Source: Dehalococcoidia bacterium
GTDB taxonomy: Bacteria; Chloroflexota; Dehalococcoidia; DSTF01; RBG-16-68-14
Direction of reading: 5' to 3'
NCBI GenBank assembly: GCA_040882355.1
Contig: JBBEBM010000035.1
Coordinates: forward strand, 1-64,000
DNA: 64,000 bases
How positions within the stretch are numbered: position 1 is the first letter of the stretch; every line of letters starts with the position of its first letter. Below the pieces are notes generated by a model, which saw only the letters and a list, made by a program, of their open reading frames with translations, was not told the DNA's origin and made no database searches. The position numbers and the translations under genes were made by a program. This document shows, one piece after another, positions 39,074-49,549 of this stretch.

Positions 39074-40696
39074 CTATAGAAGGCGCTCAGTCTTGGCCTG
39101 CTCCCGCTCCCTAGGCGCTTTGGCGAACGGCGACCTCTGCGAAGGCAGCTCCGGTTCCTTCCCGTGCAGCAGCTCCTCGATCGTGATGATCTGGATGCGC
39201 GGGTACTGACGCTGCCAGAACTCGTTCTGGTAGAAGCCGGCGGCGGCGGCCTCCGTCTTCATCTCCCGGGTCGGGCGCGTGAGCGTGAGCAGAATCCCGA
39301 GCGGTTCGTTCTCACGCTCGAGGACGCCCCGCAAATCGCGGATCATCGCCACGCCGACATGCTCCCCGCCCTTCACGGAGACCAGAGCGCGCTTGTAGTC
39401 CTCTTTCGGCCCGGCGAAGAAAGGGAGGACACCATCGATTCCTCTGTCGGCACCCTTCTTCTTGCCACTAACCGGCTGAGCTCCCAGCTTGAGGATGGCC
39501 CACCACTGGAACTGGTACTTGTCGCGCGCGGCGAGTTCTCTCGCGCCCGCCAGATCGACCGGCTCACCGATCACGTTGATCTCGATGCCATCGAAGGCGT
39601 CCTCCATCCGGCGCCGAATCAGAGCTATCGCGAGGTTCGTAACGTCGATGCCGATCCATTGGCGGCCGAGCTTCTGCGCAGCGTGAACGGCGGTGCCACA
39701 GCCGCAAAACGGATCCAGGATCACATCGCCTGGATTGGATGACGCGTTGATGATCCGTTCCAGGAGAACCAGGGGTTTCTGAGTTTGGTAGCCCAACCGC
39801 TCCTGACCCAAATTGTGAATGGGACGAATGTCCGTCCACATGTCCTGCAGGGGGACGCCTGGCTGATCCTCCTCGTAGCGCTTGAACATCGGCATGCCGC
39901 CTGCTTTCTCTGGCCAGTGGACTTTCCCTTCAGCATCCATAGTATCGAGGACTGCAGGTGGGTATGCCCAGTGGCGGCCCTTGGCCGTTACGTCGAGGCC
40001 CCTCCAGGGCTTTCCGGTTTCTCCGTGGCGTATGCCCGCACCCGTAAGGTCAGACCTCCGCCACCTTCGACCATCCGGATCCACATGAGTGTAGAACTGA
40101 GACCGGTAGTACTCATCGTACGGTTGGAACTGCTGGTTCCAAAGGTAATTGTCAGAACGACTGTAAAACAGCAAGGTATCGTGAACAGGTCCGTATCGCT
40201 GAGCGCTACTATGGGCGCTTGTGCGTTTCCAGACAATCTCGCTCCGGAAGTTCCTTGGCCGAAACACTGAATCCATCAAGACGCGCAAGTACGGTCCGGC
40301 AGTTGGATCACAATGCAGATACATAGAGCCGGTGGGCTTCAGTACACGGTGCAATTCCACGAGCCGTATCGCCATCATGGACAGGTAAGCAGTTACCTCG
40401 TTATGGGTGAGGCCCTCCACCATCGCGCGAAGCATCCGCGCAACGTCTTGATTTGGACCGGTCACAACCTCTTCATACGCAGCCTGCGCGGTCGGGCCCC
40501 ACCGCCACGTGTCCTCAAAAGCCTCTAGTTGGGCCTCGCTGCCCGTACCCGTGGACTCTTTGAACAGTACGTTGTAGGACCGATTGGAGTTGAAGGGCGG
40601 GTCGAGGTAGATCAGGTCGATGGACTCGTCCGGGATGTGCTTCCGTAGCACGTCCAGATTATCGCCGTAGTACAGGACGTTCGTTTCCAGGTCCAT
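39074..40696 (-). CDS. N6/N4 DNA methyltransferase fused to a C-terminal Mrr-like PD-(D/E)xK domain
   Basis: YLDPPF precedes LDPFCGCGT (beta order); C-terminal GADRGIDG...SVKGG. Confidence 0.9.
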   Translation of the reverse strand: MDLETNVLYYGDNLDVLRKHIPDESIDLIYLDPPFNSNRSYNVLFKESTGTGSEAQLEAFEDTWRWGPTAQAAYEEVVTGPNQDVARMLRAMVEGLTHNEVTAYLSMMAIRLVELHRVLKPTGSMYLHCDPTAGPYLRVLMDSVFRPRNFRSEIVWKRTSAHSSAQRYGPVHDTLLFYSRSDNYLWNQQFQPYDEYYRSQFYTHVDPDGRRWRRSDLTGAGIRHGETGKPWRGLDVTAKGRHWAYPPAVLDTMDAEGKVHWPEKAGGMPMFKRYEEDQPGVPLQDMWTDIRPIHNLGQERLGYQTQKPLVLLERIINASSNPGDVILDPFCGCGTAVHAAQKLGRQWIGIDVTNLAIALIRRRMEDAFDGIEINVIGEPVDLAGARELAARDKYQFQWWAILKLGAQPVSGKKKGADRGIDGVLPFFAGPKEDYKRALVSVKGGEHVGVAMIRDLRGVLERENEPLGILLTLTRPTREMKTEAAAAGFYQNEFWQRQYPRIQIITIEELLHGKEPELPSQRSPFAKAPREREQAKTERLL

Positions 40697-40706
40697 CGCC
40701 GCTTAT

Positions 40707-40733
40707 GGTCACTCTGAGCGAAGCGAAGAGTCT
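40707..40733. repeat. GTCA-type hairpin repeat supplying the stop codon of the second GIY-YIG
   Basis: GGTCACTCTGAGCGAAGCGAAGAGTCT. Confidence 0.75.
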
Positions 40734-40954
40734 CGCTGCCCAGCGTACCACGTCTCGCTCAGGTCGTCCCATTCAGGATTGAGTGATTCGATCAGCGCCA
40801 TTTTCTTGCTCCTCAGCAAGCCTTTGATTTGCTTCTCTCTCGCAATGGCGGATTCAGGATCGTCGGCCGTTTCGTAGTAGACGAGCTTCTTCAAAGCATA
40901 CCGCGACGTGAAGTTTGAGTTCCCGCCTTTGTGCTCCACGACGCGTCGCTCCAA
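40709..40954 (-). pseudogene. GIY-YIG nuclease, 5'-truncated
   Basis: LERRVVEHK...FTSRY...LVYYE...AIAREKQIKG; the N-terminal YVY/YTG motifs are missing. Confidence 0.78.
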
Positions 40955-41025
40955 AATGACGGTGGGTGCACTACACGACAGCGCCCTCATGCTAGCGCGT
41001 CATTCGTGGCCTGGAAAGGGGGCGG

Positions 41026-41514
41026 TCATGCGCGGTCGTCGCTCCCGAGCGCTTCCCCCAGCGATCGGTCGGACAAGAAGAGCGTCACGCCGTAGTGGCC
41101 TTCGTCACCCGGCCGCTTCCAGCCCCCATGAATCCATCCCCTTACCGGGCCGAACGGCTGGGCGGCCCACTTCTCGCCCGCCATCACGCTGTGGAACGTC
41201 GCTGCCTGTTCACGCGATAGGTAGCCAACCGTCAGGCCGTCTATGCGGACGGCAACGGCCTTGGCGTCGTGGGGATTATCTGGCTCCGGCGCCAGCATGG
41301 CGGCTTTGTAGATGGACACGCCGTGGCTCGTCTTCGGCCCGGCGAGGCGGGCCAGCACGTCCTGGTAATGAGCCTCACCGACTATTTCGACTCGAAACCT
41401 GCCGCCGGGCGGAACGTCGCCGCCGTCGAGTGCCGGAGTCGCGGGCTGCGACGGTGAGGGCGCCGCGCGTTGTTCGCCCCTGGCGAAGCCGACGATGGAC
41501 CTGAGAATAGACAC
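41026..41514 (-). CDS. HIRAN domain-like protein
   Basis: IVGEAHYQ and EPDNPHDAKAVAV...VGYL motifs; GTG 41514 follows GGAGG. Confidence 0.78.
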   Translation of the reverse strand: MSILRSIVGFARGEQRAAPSPSQPATPALDGGDVPPGGRFRVEIVGEAHYQDVLARLAGPKTSHGVSIYKAAMLAPEPDNPHDAKAVAVRIDGLTVGYLSREQAATFHSVMAGEKWAAQPFGPVRGWIHGGWKRPGDEGHYGVTLFLSDRSLGEALGSDDRA

Positions 41515-41612
41515 CAGACCTCCTCGCTCCCCGAGTAAGAATCTATCACCGGGGACACCCACCTGCAATAGACTCCGTACGAAACACCGCTCAGGACCCC
41601 CTCCGGCGGCCG

Positions 41613-41647
41613 CTCGAATTTCGAACCTCGAACGTCGAGCCTCGAGA
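41613..41647. repeat. degenerate heptamer tandem repeat (5 units)
   Basis: ctcgaat ttcgaac ctcgaac gtcgagc ctcgaga. Confidence 0.55.
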
Positions 41648-41962
41648 TCCGTGCCAGCGCCCTCTTCGCGCTCTCCCGCCCGACCCTTATCCTGCCCTCG
41701 ATAACCCAGGGTGGGCATGTCCCGCCCAGCGTCCGCCTGCTAGCTTCGCGCGCCAGCCGAGAACGTGGTTGCATCGCCCGCAGAAGGCGATTTTGCAAAT
41801 CGAACTGCCACTTTTCGCGGGGTTTGTCCGCCTCGCGTCGGGAGGTGACTCGACCGCCGTCACAGTTCCGAAAACACTTTTACGGCCCGCGCCCGTACCC
41901 TGAAGTGGAACCGACAAGCGCGCGTCGGAAGCGGAACCAGGCCCCAGGGAAAGGAGTTCTGT

Positions 41963-42298
41963 ATGGAAGAGAACACTGCCGAGAGCACGGAACAGCGCAC
42001 CGCAACGAAGACGATCAGAGCGCCCATCATCGCGGTCGCCATCGCCGGCGTCGTGCTCGGTGGTTCGTTGATCGCCGGCATCGGGTCGTTCGCGTTCGCC
42101 CAGGAGGCGACCGACACACCCAGCGCCGACGAGCAAGCGACCCCGCAGGAAACGGAGGAGTCGCCCCCCGACGCCACCGACGATGGGACGGCGGAAGACG
42201 GCGACGCGATTGTCGACGAGCGCGAGTGCGACAAGGACAAGGAGCAGTCCGGCGACGCATCCGACGGTTCGACCACGACGAGCGGACTGACCTTCTAG
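41963..42298 (+). CDS. small acidic secreted/membrane protein
   Basis: RBS AAGGAG; hydrophobic segment ending AFA-QE; downstream hairpin GAGGGAGGCC..GGCCTCCCTC. Confidence 0.65.
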   Translation: MEENTAESTEQRTATKTIRAPIIAVAIAGVVLGGSLIAGIGSFAFAQEATDTPSADEQATPQETEESPPDATDDGTAEDGDAIVDERECDKDKEQSGDASDGSTTTSGLTF

Positions 42299-42370
42299 CC
42301 GACCCGAACGAGGACAACGCAATGAGGGAGGCCCGCGCGGCCTCCCTCATTCATCGTTCCGGCGCGCCTC

Positions 42371-43154
42371 CTAGCTCATCTGCATTCCGAGGCCAAAGGA
42401 GCCGGCGTAGCCGTCGCCTTCCTCGGCGAGGTCGAGCACCATCTGGTCGCCGCCGTTCTGGTAGATGTTGTCGTCGGCGTTCAGCATGTCGCGGGAGCCG
42501 CGGCTGCTGTAGGGCGCTTCAGTGAACACCTCGTCCGTGAGCGCGTCGTCGAAGAAGAGCTGCGAGGTCAGCTCGTACCCCTGCTCGGAGTCTGGGTCGG
42601 TGCGCACCTTGACGTGAATGTGTAGAGCCCGACCCGTGTACCAGCCGGGGTAGATGGTCGTGAACGCGCACGCGCCGCTCCCGTCCGTGAGCTGATACCC
42701 GCGCAGGAACTTCCGGCCCACCGTATCGTTCGCCTGCACGTCGGAGTAGCGGCCCGCGCCGTCGCAGTGCCAGATGTCGACGTGGGCCCCGCTCACTGGC
42801 GTGCACGTTTCGCCATCGACGGAAAAGACGCTCAACGCCAGATTGAGCGGTACGCCTTCGCTCACCGAATCGTCGCTCGGGTCCGATGTGATCTCGGAAC
42901 GGTTGAGTCGCTCGTCGACGAAGTACGGCCCCTGTCATCTCCGGCGTCAGCACGCAGTTCACCGTCGACGACGCCGGCGTTCCCGTCGCGCCTGCCGTCG
43001 CCGTGGCGCCGGACGCCTCGGCGGGCGTGCTGGTTGCGTCGCCAGAGCCGCCATCGTCGTCGCAGCCCGCGACCGCCGCGACGCCCGCGGCGCCGATCAG
43101 CCCCAACATCTCGCGCCGTGTCAGTCGAGATCGCAGGTCCTTCTTAGCGGCCAT
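42371..43154 (-). pseudogene. intradiol ring-cleavage dioxygenase-like Tat lipoprotein, frameshifted near 42932
   Basis: TRREML..AGC signal and CVLTPEMT in one frame; GPYFVD, DIWHCD, LRGYQ and YPGWYTGRALHIH in another. Confidence 0.8.
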
Positions 43155-43244
43155 CCCTACCTCCCGCGTATGCGCGACCTTCCCTGTACACTACTGTCCG
43201 ATAATAGCTGGCCCGCGCGAAGGAGTCGTTTCGAACGTGCGACG

Positions 43245-44141
<897 letters not shown>

Positions 44142-44201
44142 GGCGCATGCATCATAACGCACGGGCGCCAGCCAGACGCAGCGCCCGCTAGGGCGGAAGG
44201 C

Positions 44202-45614
44202 TTAGGACCGCGAGTTCAGCCGCAGGGCGCCCCAGGCAACAGCGCCGCCTGCCGCAGCAAGCAACGCTGCCATAACCCACCAGGGCGCGCTGCTCTCGCC
44301 GGCGCCGCGGCCGGTCGTGGGCAAGCCGGTTACCGTGCCGCCAGGTGTCCCCTCCGGCGGAGTGGCGGTTGGCTCGCCGCCTATCACCCCAACCACGCCC
44401 GACTCCCACGCGCCGATGTCGCAGGCCGCGATGCCATCTTCGTTGCCGTCAAGGGGGCGGGGATTGCCGCGCTGGTCTTCGCTCACGCACGGGTCACTGC
44501 CAGTGTCGATGGCGGGACTGCCGTCAAGGAGCGGATGGACGAGCGTACTGCCAACGTCCTCGAGCGGGCTCAAGAGCGGGTCAGTGCCGGGCTGATCGCC
44601 GTCGGCGCCCAGCCCGCACGTGCCGTCCTCGTCGATATTGTGGCCCAGCGAGGTGAACGAGCCGACCGCGCAGTCGCCGCCGCTCGGGCTGTTCGCAACG
44701 ATCGAGTCCTTGAGGTTCATCGTATCGCCGATCTGGAGATACAGGTTCCCTCCCTCAGTCGCACCGTTATCGCTCACTGTAAGGTTGGTCAGGGTCGCCA
44801 CGTTGCCCGACCCCTTCGCTCCGCTGAAGATCCCGCCGGCCAGGTCGACCGCTGTGTTGCCGCTCACGGTGACGTTCGTGGCGCTCAAGGTGCCTCCGAT
44901 GTTCATGAGCCCGCCGCCGGCGAAGCCAGCCGTGTTCTCCGTCACCGCGCTCTTCGTGATAGTAGCCTCGCCGGAGTTCCAGACGCCGCCGCCGCGCAGC
45001 TCAGCGCTGTTGCCACTGACAATCGACTCGCCCACGGTCAGCGTGCCATCGATCCCGTTGAATATGCCGCCGCCGTCCGTGGCCGCGTTGCCGCTAACGA
45101 CGACCGCCGTGAGCCTCAGCGTCCCGCCGTCGAATCGGATGCCACCACCGTCCGCCACGCCGCCGCCGTTACGCACAGTGACGCCGGCGATCTCCATCTG
45201 TATCGGGCCCACCACCGCCGGGCCCACGTCGAACACGCGGTCAAGGCCACCACCATCAACGATAGTCGTGCCAGGCGTGGCCGTACTCTCGCCGAGGATC
45301 AGCAGGTGGTCGTTGATGTCCAAGTCGCCTGTTTGAGCGGCGTCCTCACCGGTGCCGGCGATCGTGAGATTGTAGGTGCCGGCGGGCAACTGGACGCGGT
45401 CCGTGCCCGCGCCGGCAGGGCAGGCGTCCACTGGAGCGTCCGTGTTCGCCGCGACGATCGCCTCGCGCAGCGAGCAGTCACCGTCCGCGTTCAGCTCGTC
45501 GTCGGTGGTGTTCACGGAGATGTCCACGGCGAGCACGGGGCCGGTGTCCACGGCGAGGGTCAGGGCGATGACCGCGCCAGCCATCGCGAGCAGCCGTATC
45601 ATACTGGCTGACAT
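44202..45614 (-). CDS. CSLREA / beta-helix / choice-of-anchor Q protein, LPTTG (array member 1)
   Basis: Signal peptide, CSLREA, GGGI repeats, SPAID..DQRG..CDIGAWE, then LPTTG and TM segment. Confidence 0.88.
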   Translation of the reverse strand: MSASMIRLLAMAGAVIALTLAVDTGPVLAVDISVNTTDDELNADGDCSLREAIVAANTDAPVDACPAGAGTDRVQLPAGTYNLTIAGTGEDAAQTGDLDINDHLLILGESTATPGTTIVDGGGLDRVFDVGPAVVGPIQMEIAGVTVRNGGGVADGGGIRFDGGTLRLTAVVVSGNAATDGGGIFNGIDGTLTVGESIVSGNSAELRGGGVWNSGEATITKSAVTENTAGFAGGGLMNIGGTLSATNVTVSGNTAVDLAGGIFSGAKGSGNVATLTNLTVSDNGATEGGNLYLQIGDTMNLKDSIVANSPSGGDCAVGSFTSLGHNIDEDGTCGLGADGDQPGTDPLLSPLEDVGSTLVHPLLDGSPAIDTGSDPCVSEDQRGNPRPLDGNEDGIAACDIGAWESGVVGVIGGEPTATPPEGTPGGTVTGLPTTGRGAGESSAPWWVMAALLAAAGGAVAWGALRLNSRS

Positions 45615-45645
45615 ACTGCCCTCCCTCGCAGAAGACGAGCGGCCG

Positions 45646-47463
45646 CTACCCACGTCGCAGCGCGAAGCCGGCGCCGATGAGCGTGGCTCCCGCGGCCAAC
45701 GCGGCGAGGATCACGGCGAGCGCGTCGCTCGACGAGCCGTCCGTGCCTCCCGCGCCGGTCGGCGGCAGGCCGGCCGCGCCGACGGTCACCTCGAGCACTT
45801 CGCTGCCGAAGTCGCCGCAGTCCGCAGTGACTTCGACGGTGCCGGGCGTGTTGCCAACGCTAAGCCCAACCGTCGCGGTACCGTTCTCGTCTGTCGTCGC
45901 CGTCTCGGCTTCCAGGACCGCGTCGTCGCCGGGCTGGCTGGTGATCTCGAACGCGCACTCGACGCCCGCGATGGGGTTGCCCGCGTCGTCCGTGACGTTG
46001 ACCGAGATGTCGACCGTGTCGCCGACCTCAGGCGTGTCGTCGCTGACGGTCACGTCGACGTTGGGGTTACCATCTGGCGGCTCCGTCGGCGTGGGCTCGG
46101 CCGCGCCCTCCAGCTCGAACGCACCGATGTCGCAGACAGCGGTGCCGTCGTCGTCGCCGTCCTGCGGGCGGGCGACGCCGCGCTGGTCGGCGTCCGGGCA
46201 GGCCCCGTCATCCGCGGTGTCGATGGCCGAGCTGCCCCCGACCAGGGCGTGGGTCTGCGTCGGCCCGCCGTTGTCGGCGAGCGCGCCGAGCACCGGGTCG
46301 GTGTTGGGCTGGTCGCCCGTGGCGGTCAGGTTGCACGTGTCCGTGTCCTCCAGGTTGTGCCCGAGCGACGTCAGATCGCCGGTAGGCTTCAGGTCCACCA
46401 GGCAGTTCTCCGGCGAATTCGCCGCGACGATCGTGTTCGCGAGCGTTACGTCATCACCGGTGTAAATGCCGCCGCCGCTCTCCGAGCTGTTGTCTGTCAC
46501 AGTGACGTTGGTCAGCTCCGCCGACGTGCCGAAGTCGTTGGAGATGCCGCCGCCCGCGGTGGCCGAGTTACCGCTGATCGTCACGTTGGTGAGGTCCAAG
46601 CCTCCCTCGTCGGTGTTCTCGATGCCCCCGCCAAAGCTGTTGGCGGTGTTGCCGCTGATCACGGAGTCGGTGATCACCATCGCTTCGATTCCGCAGCACT
46701 GATCGTTGGAGATGCCACCGCCATCTTCGCCGGCGTGGTTGCCGCTGACCGTGCTGCCGGACATCGTAGCGCCGGCATCGAAGTTGTTCTTCATGCCGCC
46801 GCCGTCCTCCTCAGCCTCGTTGTCGGTGATCACTGAATCGTTGACGATGAGCGTATCGGGACCTTCGTTGTAAACGCCGCCGCCGTCCTCGCCAAAGTTG
46901 CCGCTGACCGTCGTATTGTTGAGTGTCACCGTCCCGTCAAAGAGCACTATACCGCCGCCGTCGTCTTCAGCAGTGTTGTTCTGGACGACCGAGTCATTGA
47001 GCGTCAGCGTGACGTCGGGCTCGACGTAGATGCCACCACCGTCGCTCTCCTCGGCAAAGCCGTTCTGGACAGTGAGGCCGGTCATAGTAACCGTGATCGG
47101 TCCGCCCTTGGAGCTCAGGTAGAACACCCTATCGTCCTCATTGCCGTCGATGATCGTGCTGCCTGCGCCCGCGCCAGTGATGCTGCCGTTGTAGAAGATG
47201 TCGATCTGGCCCATCGTCAGCACGTAGGTGCCGGCCGGGATGTTAATCGCGTTTCCGGCGGGACAGGCGTCCACCGCGCCGCCGCTGAGCGCTTGACTAG
47301 CCTCGCGCAACGAGCAGTCACCGTCGTCGTTCGACTCGTCGTCCGTGGTGTTGACGTTGATGACGGCGCCGGCCTGCGAGGGCCGCGACGCCACCAGCGC
47401 CCCTGTGAGCGCAACAGCGACAACGAGCGCAGCTACGACCCAACGTATCGATAGTCTTATCAT
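45646..47463 (-). CDS. CSLREA / beta-helix / choice-of-anchor Q / Ig protein, LPPTG (member 2)
   Basis: Same architecture plus an Ig-like module; RBS AAGGAGG before ATG 47463. Confidence 0.88.
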   Translation of the reverse strand: MIRLSIRWVVAALVVAVALTGALVASRPSQAGAVINVNTTDDESNDDGDCSLREASQALSGGAVDACPAGNAINIPAGTYVLTMGQIDIFYNGSITGAGAGSTIIDGNEDDRVFYLSSKGGPITVTMTGLTVQNGFAEESDGGGIYVEPDVTLTLNDSVVQNNTAEDDGGGIVLFDGTVTLNNTTVSGNFGEDGGGVYNEGPDTLIVNDSVITDNEAEEDGGGMKNNFDAGATMSGSTVSGNHAGEDGGGISNDQCCGIEAMVITDSVISGNTANSFGGGIENTDEGGLDLTNVTISGNSATAGGGISNDFGTSAELTNVTVTDNSSESGGGIYTGDDVTLANTIVAANSPENCLVDLKPTGDLTSLGHNLEDTDTCNLTATGDQPNTDPVLGALADNGGPTQTHALVGGSSAIDTADDGACPDADQRGVARPQDGDDDGTAVCDIGAFELEGAAEPTPTEPPDGNPNVDVTVSDDTPEVGDTVDISVNVTDDAGNPIAGVECAFEITSQPGDDAVLEAETATTDENGTATVGLSVGNTPGTVEVTADCGDFGSEVLEVTVGAAGLPPTGAGGTDGSSSDALAVILAALAAGATLIGAGFALRRG

Positions 47464-47614
47464 TCGGTCCCTCCTTTGACGCCGCCGCAATTGCCATGAT
47501 TCTGGCATGCGCGGCAACCTCAGTCAATCGCTGATGCGAACTCTTGTGCGTACCAGGGGGCGCTCCGGGCAGCGCAGCGCCCCCGATCGAGTCACGCGCC
47601 GAGGCCGGCTGGGG

Positions 47615-49375
47615 CTACGAACGCCGCAGCGCAAGCCCGGCAGCTCCTCCGACAGCGGCCAGCGCCAGGACAGCGAGCACGATCGCAAGCGCGCTACCGG
47701 ACGAGCCGTTCGTGCCGCCCTCACCTGTTGGCGGCAGTCCGGCAGGCGACACGATCACCTCCAGCACTTCGCTGCCGAAGGCCCCGCAGTCCGCCGTCAC
47801 TTCGATCGTGCCCGGCGTCTCGCCCACACTCAGGCCGACGGTGGCGATGCCGCTCGCGTCCGTCGTCGCGCTCTCCGCCTCAAGCACCGCATCGTCGCCG
47901 GGCTGGTCGGTGATTTCAAACGTACACTCAGCCCCGGCGACCGCGTTGCCTTCGTCATCGGTCACGGCCACCGAGATGTCGACCGTGTCGCCCACCTCCG
48001 GCGAGTCGTCGCTGACGGTCACGTCCACGTTGGCGTTACCGTCCGGCGGCTGCTCGGTCGCAGTCGGCGTCGGCTCAGCAGCGCCCTCGAGCTCGAAGGC
48101 GCCGATGTCGCAGGCGGCGGTGCCGTCGTCGTCACCGTCCTGCGGGCGGGCAACGCCGCGCTGGTCGGTCTCCGGGCACGCGCTGTCATCGGCGGTGTCG
48201 ATGGCGGGACTACCCGCGAGCAGCGCGTGCGTCTGCGTCGGGCCGCCGTTGTCGGCTAGGGGACCGAGCCCGCTCGGGCCATTCGCGAGGAGATCGTCGC
48301 CCGCGAGGAACTCGCACGTCCCTTGCGCCTCCGGCACCGCGTCCTGCTCTTCCAGGTTGCTACCGAGAGACGTGACCGGCTGGGTGCCTCCGCAGTTCAG
48401 ATCCCCGTTATAGGAGATGATCGTGTTCTGGAAGTTCGCTTCGTTATCGCTGTTGATGCCGTCGCCGCCGCCTTCCGACGTGTTGCCGGCGATCGTGACG
48501 TTTGTGAGCGTCACGGGCGCGCGGTTGAAGATACCGCCGCCGCCGTTCGTGCCGCCGGTGTTGCCGCTGATCGTGCTGTTGACGATCATCATGTTTTCGC
48601 CGGTGTTCAGCAGCGCGCCTCCCTGCTGGCTCGCGTCGTTCCCGCTGAACGTGCTGCCCGTGATCTCCACCGCACCGCTGGAGTTGAGCAGACCGGCACC
48701 CTTGGGAGCGGTGTTGTCGCTGATTGTGCTGTCGACAATCGTAAGCGTCACACCACTCTTCGAATCGCCATCGTGGTAGATGCCGCCGCCCTTCTGGGTC
48801 GCCAGGTTGTCGCTGACGACGCTGCTGATCAACGTGAGCGTGCCGAAGTTGTTGTAGATGCCGCCGCCAACGTCGTTCGCCTCGTTGTTGAGCACGTGTA
48901 CGTTGGTGAGCGTCAGGTCGGCGGATGCGTAGATTCCGCCGCCGTCGCCGTCCCCCTCCACGCCGTCCCGCACGGTCAGGTCCGAGATGTCGACCGTAGG
49001 GGTGCCCTTAGAGAAGATGCTGAAGATGCGGTTGTTACCATCCGTGCTGAGGATCGTGCTGCCGGCGCCCACTCCAACGATCTGCATGTCAGTAAACACA
49101 TCCAGATCGCTGCTGAGGACGTAGGTTCCCGCCGGCACATTGACGGTGTCGGCGCCCGTGCCCGCCGTACAGGTGTCCCCAGCAGCGTTGGTGTTCGCGG
49201 CCTCCACCGCCTCCGGAAGCGAGCAGAGCCCGTCGTCGAAGACGTCGTCCGTGGTGTTGACGTTGATCGTGGCGCCACCACCGGCTTGCGAAAGTCGTGG
49301 CGTCGCGAGGACGCCTGTCGCAGCTATTGCGACGATAAGCACTGCTGAAGGCCAGCGTATGGATAGCGTGAACAT
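47615..49375 (-). CDS. CSLREA-type / beta-helix / choice-of-anchor Q / Ig protein, LPPTG (member 3)
   Basis: [33 protein letters not shown] segment and RRS tail. Confidence 0.88.
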   Translation of the reverse strand: MFTLSIRWPSAVLIVAIAATGVLATPRLSQAGGGATINVNTTDDVFDDGLCSLPEAVEAANTNAAGDTCTAGTGADTVNVPAGTYVLSSDLDVFTDMQIVGVGAGSTILSTDGNNRIFSIFSKGTPTVDISDLTVRDGVEGDGDGGGIYASADLTLTNVHVLNNEANDVGGGIYNNFGTLTLISSVVSDNLATQKGGGIYHDGDSKSGVTLTIVDSTISDNTAPKGAGLLNSSGAVEITGSTFSGNDASQQGGALLNTGENMMIVNSTISGNTGGTNGGGGIFNRAPVTLTNVTIAGNTSEGGGDGINSDNEANFQNTIISYNGDLNCGGTQPVTSLGSNLEEQDAVPEAQGTCEFLAGDDLLANGPSGLGPLADNGGPTQTHALLAGSPAIDTADDSACPETDQRGVARPQDGDDDGTAACDIGAFELEGAAEPTPTATEQPPDGNANVDVTVSDDSPEVGDTVDISVAVTDDEGNAVAGAECTFEITDQPGDDAVLEAESATTDASGIATVGLSVGETPGTIEVTADCGAFGSEVLEVIVSPAGLPPTGEGGTNGSSGSALAIVLAVLALAAVGGAAGLALRRS

Positions 49376-49549
49376 AGGGTCCCTCCTATTTGCCCCGCCT
49401 ACGTACAAACCTTGACAGGGTTATGCCCGAGAGTCAATAGGGGATATGCGCCGATCCCCTACGATCCATGCGCCGCGCCGAAGCTCAGCAGCAGGCGCCC
49501 CGCGTTGGGGCGCCCGCTTGGTTTCGTACTGCGGCCAGGTCCGGTTGAG

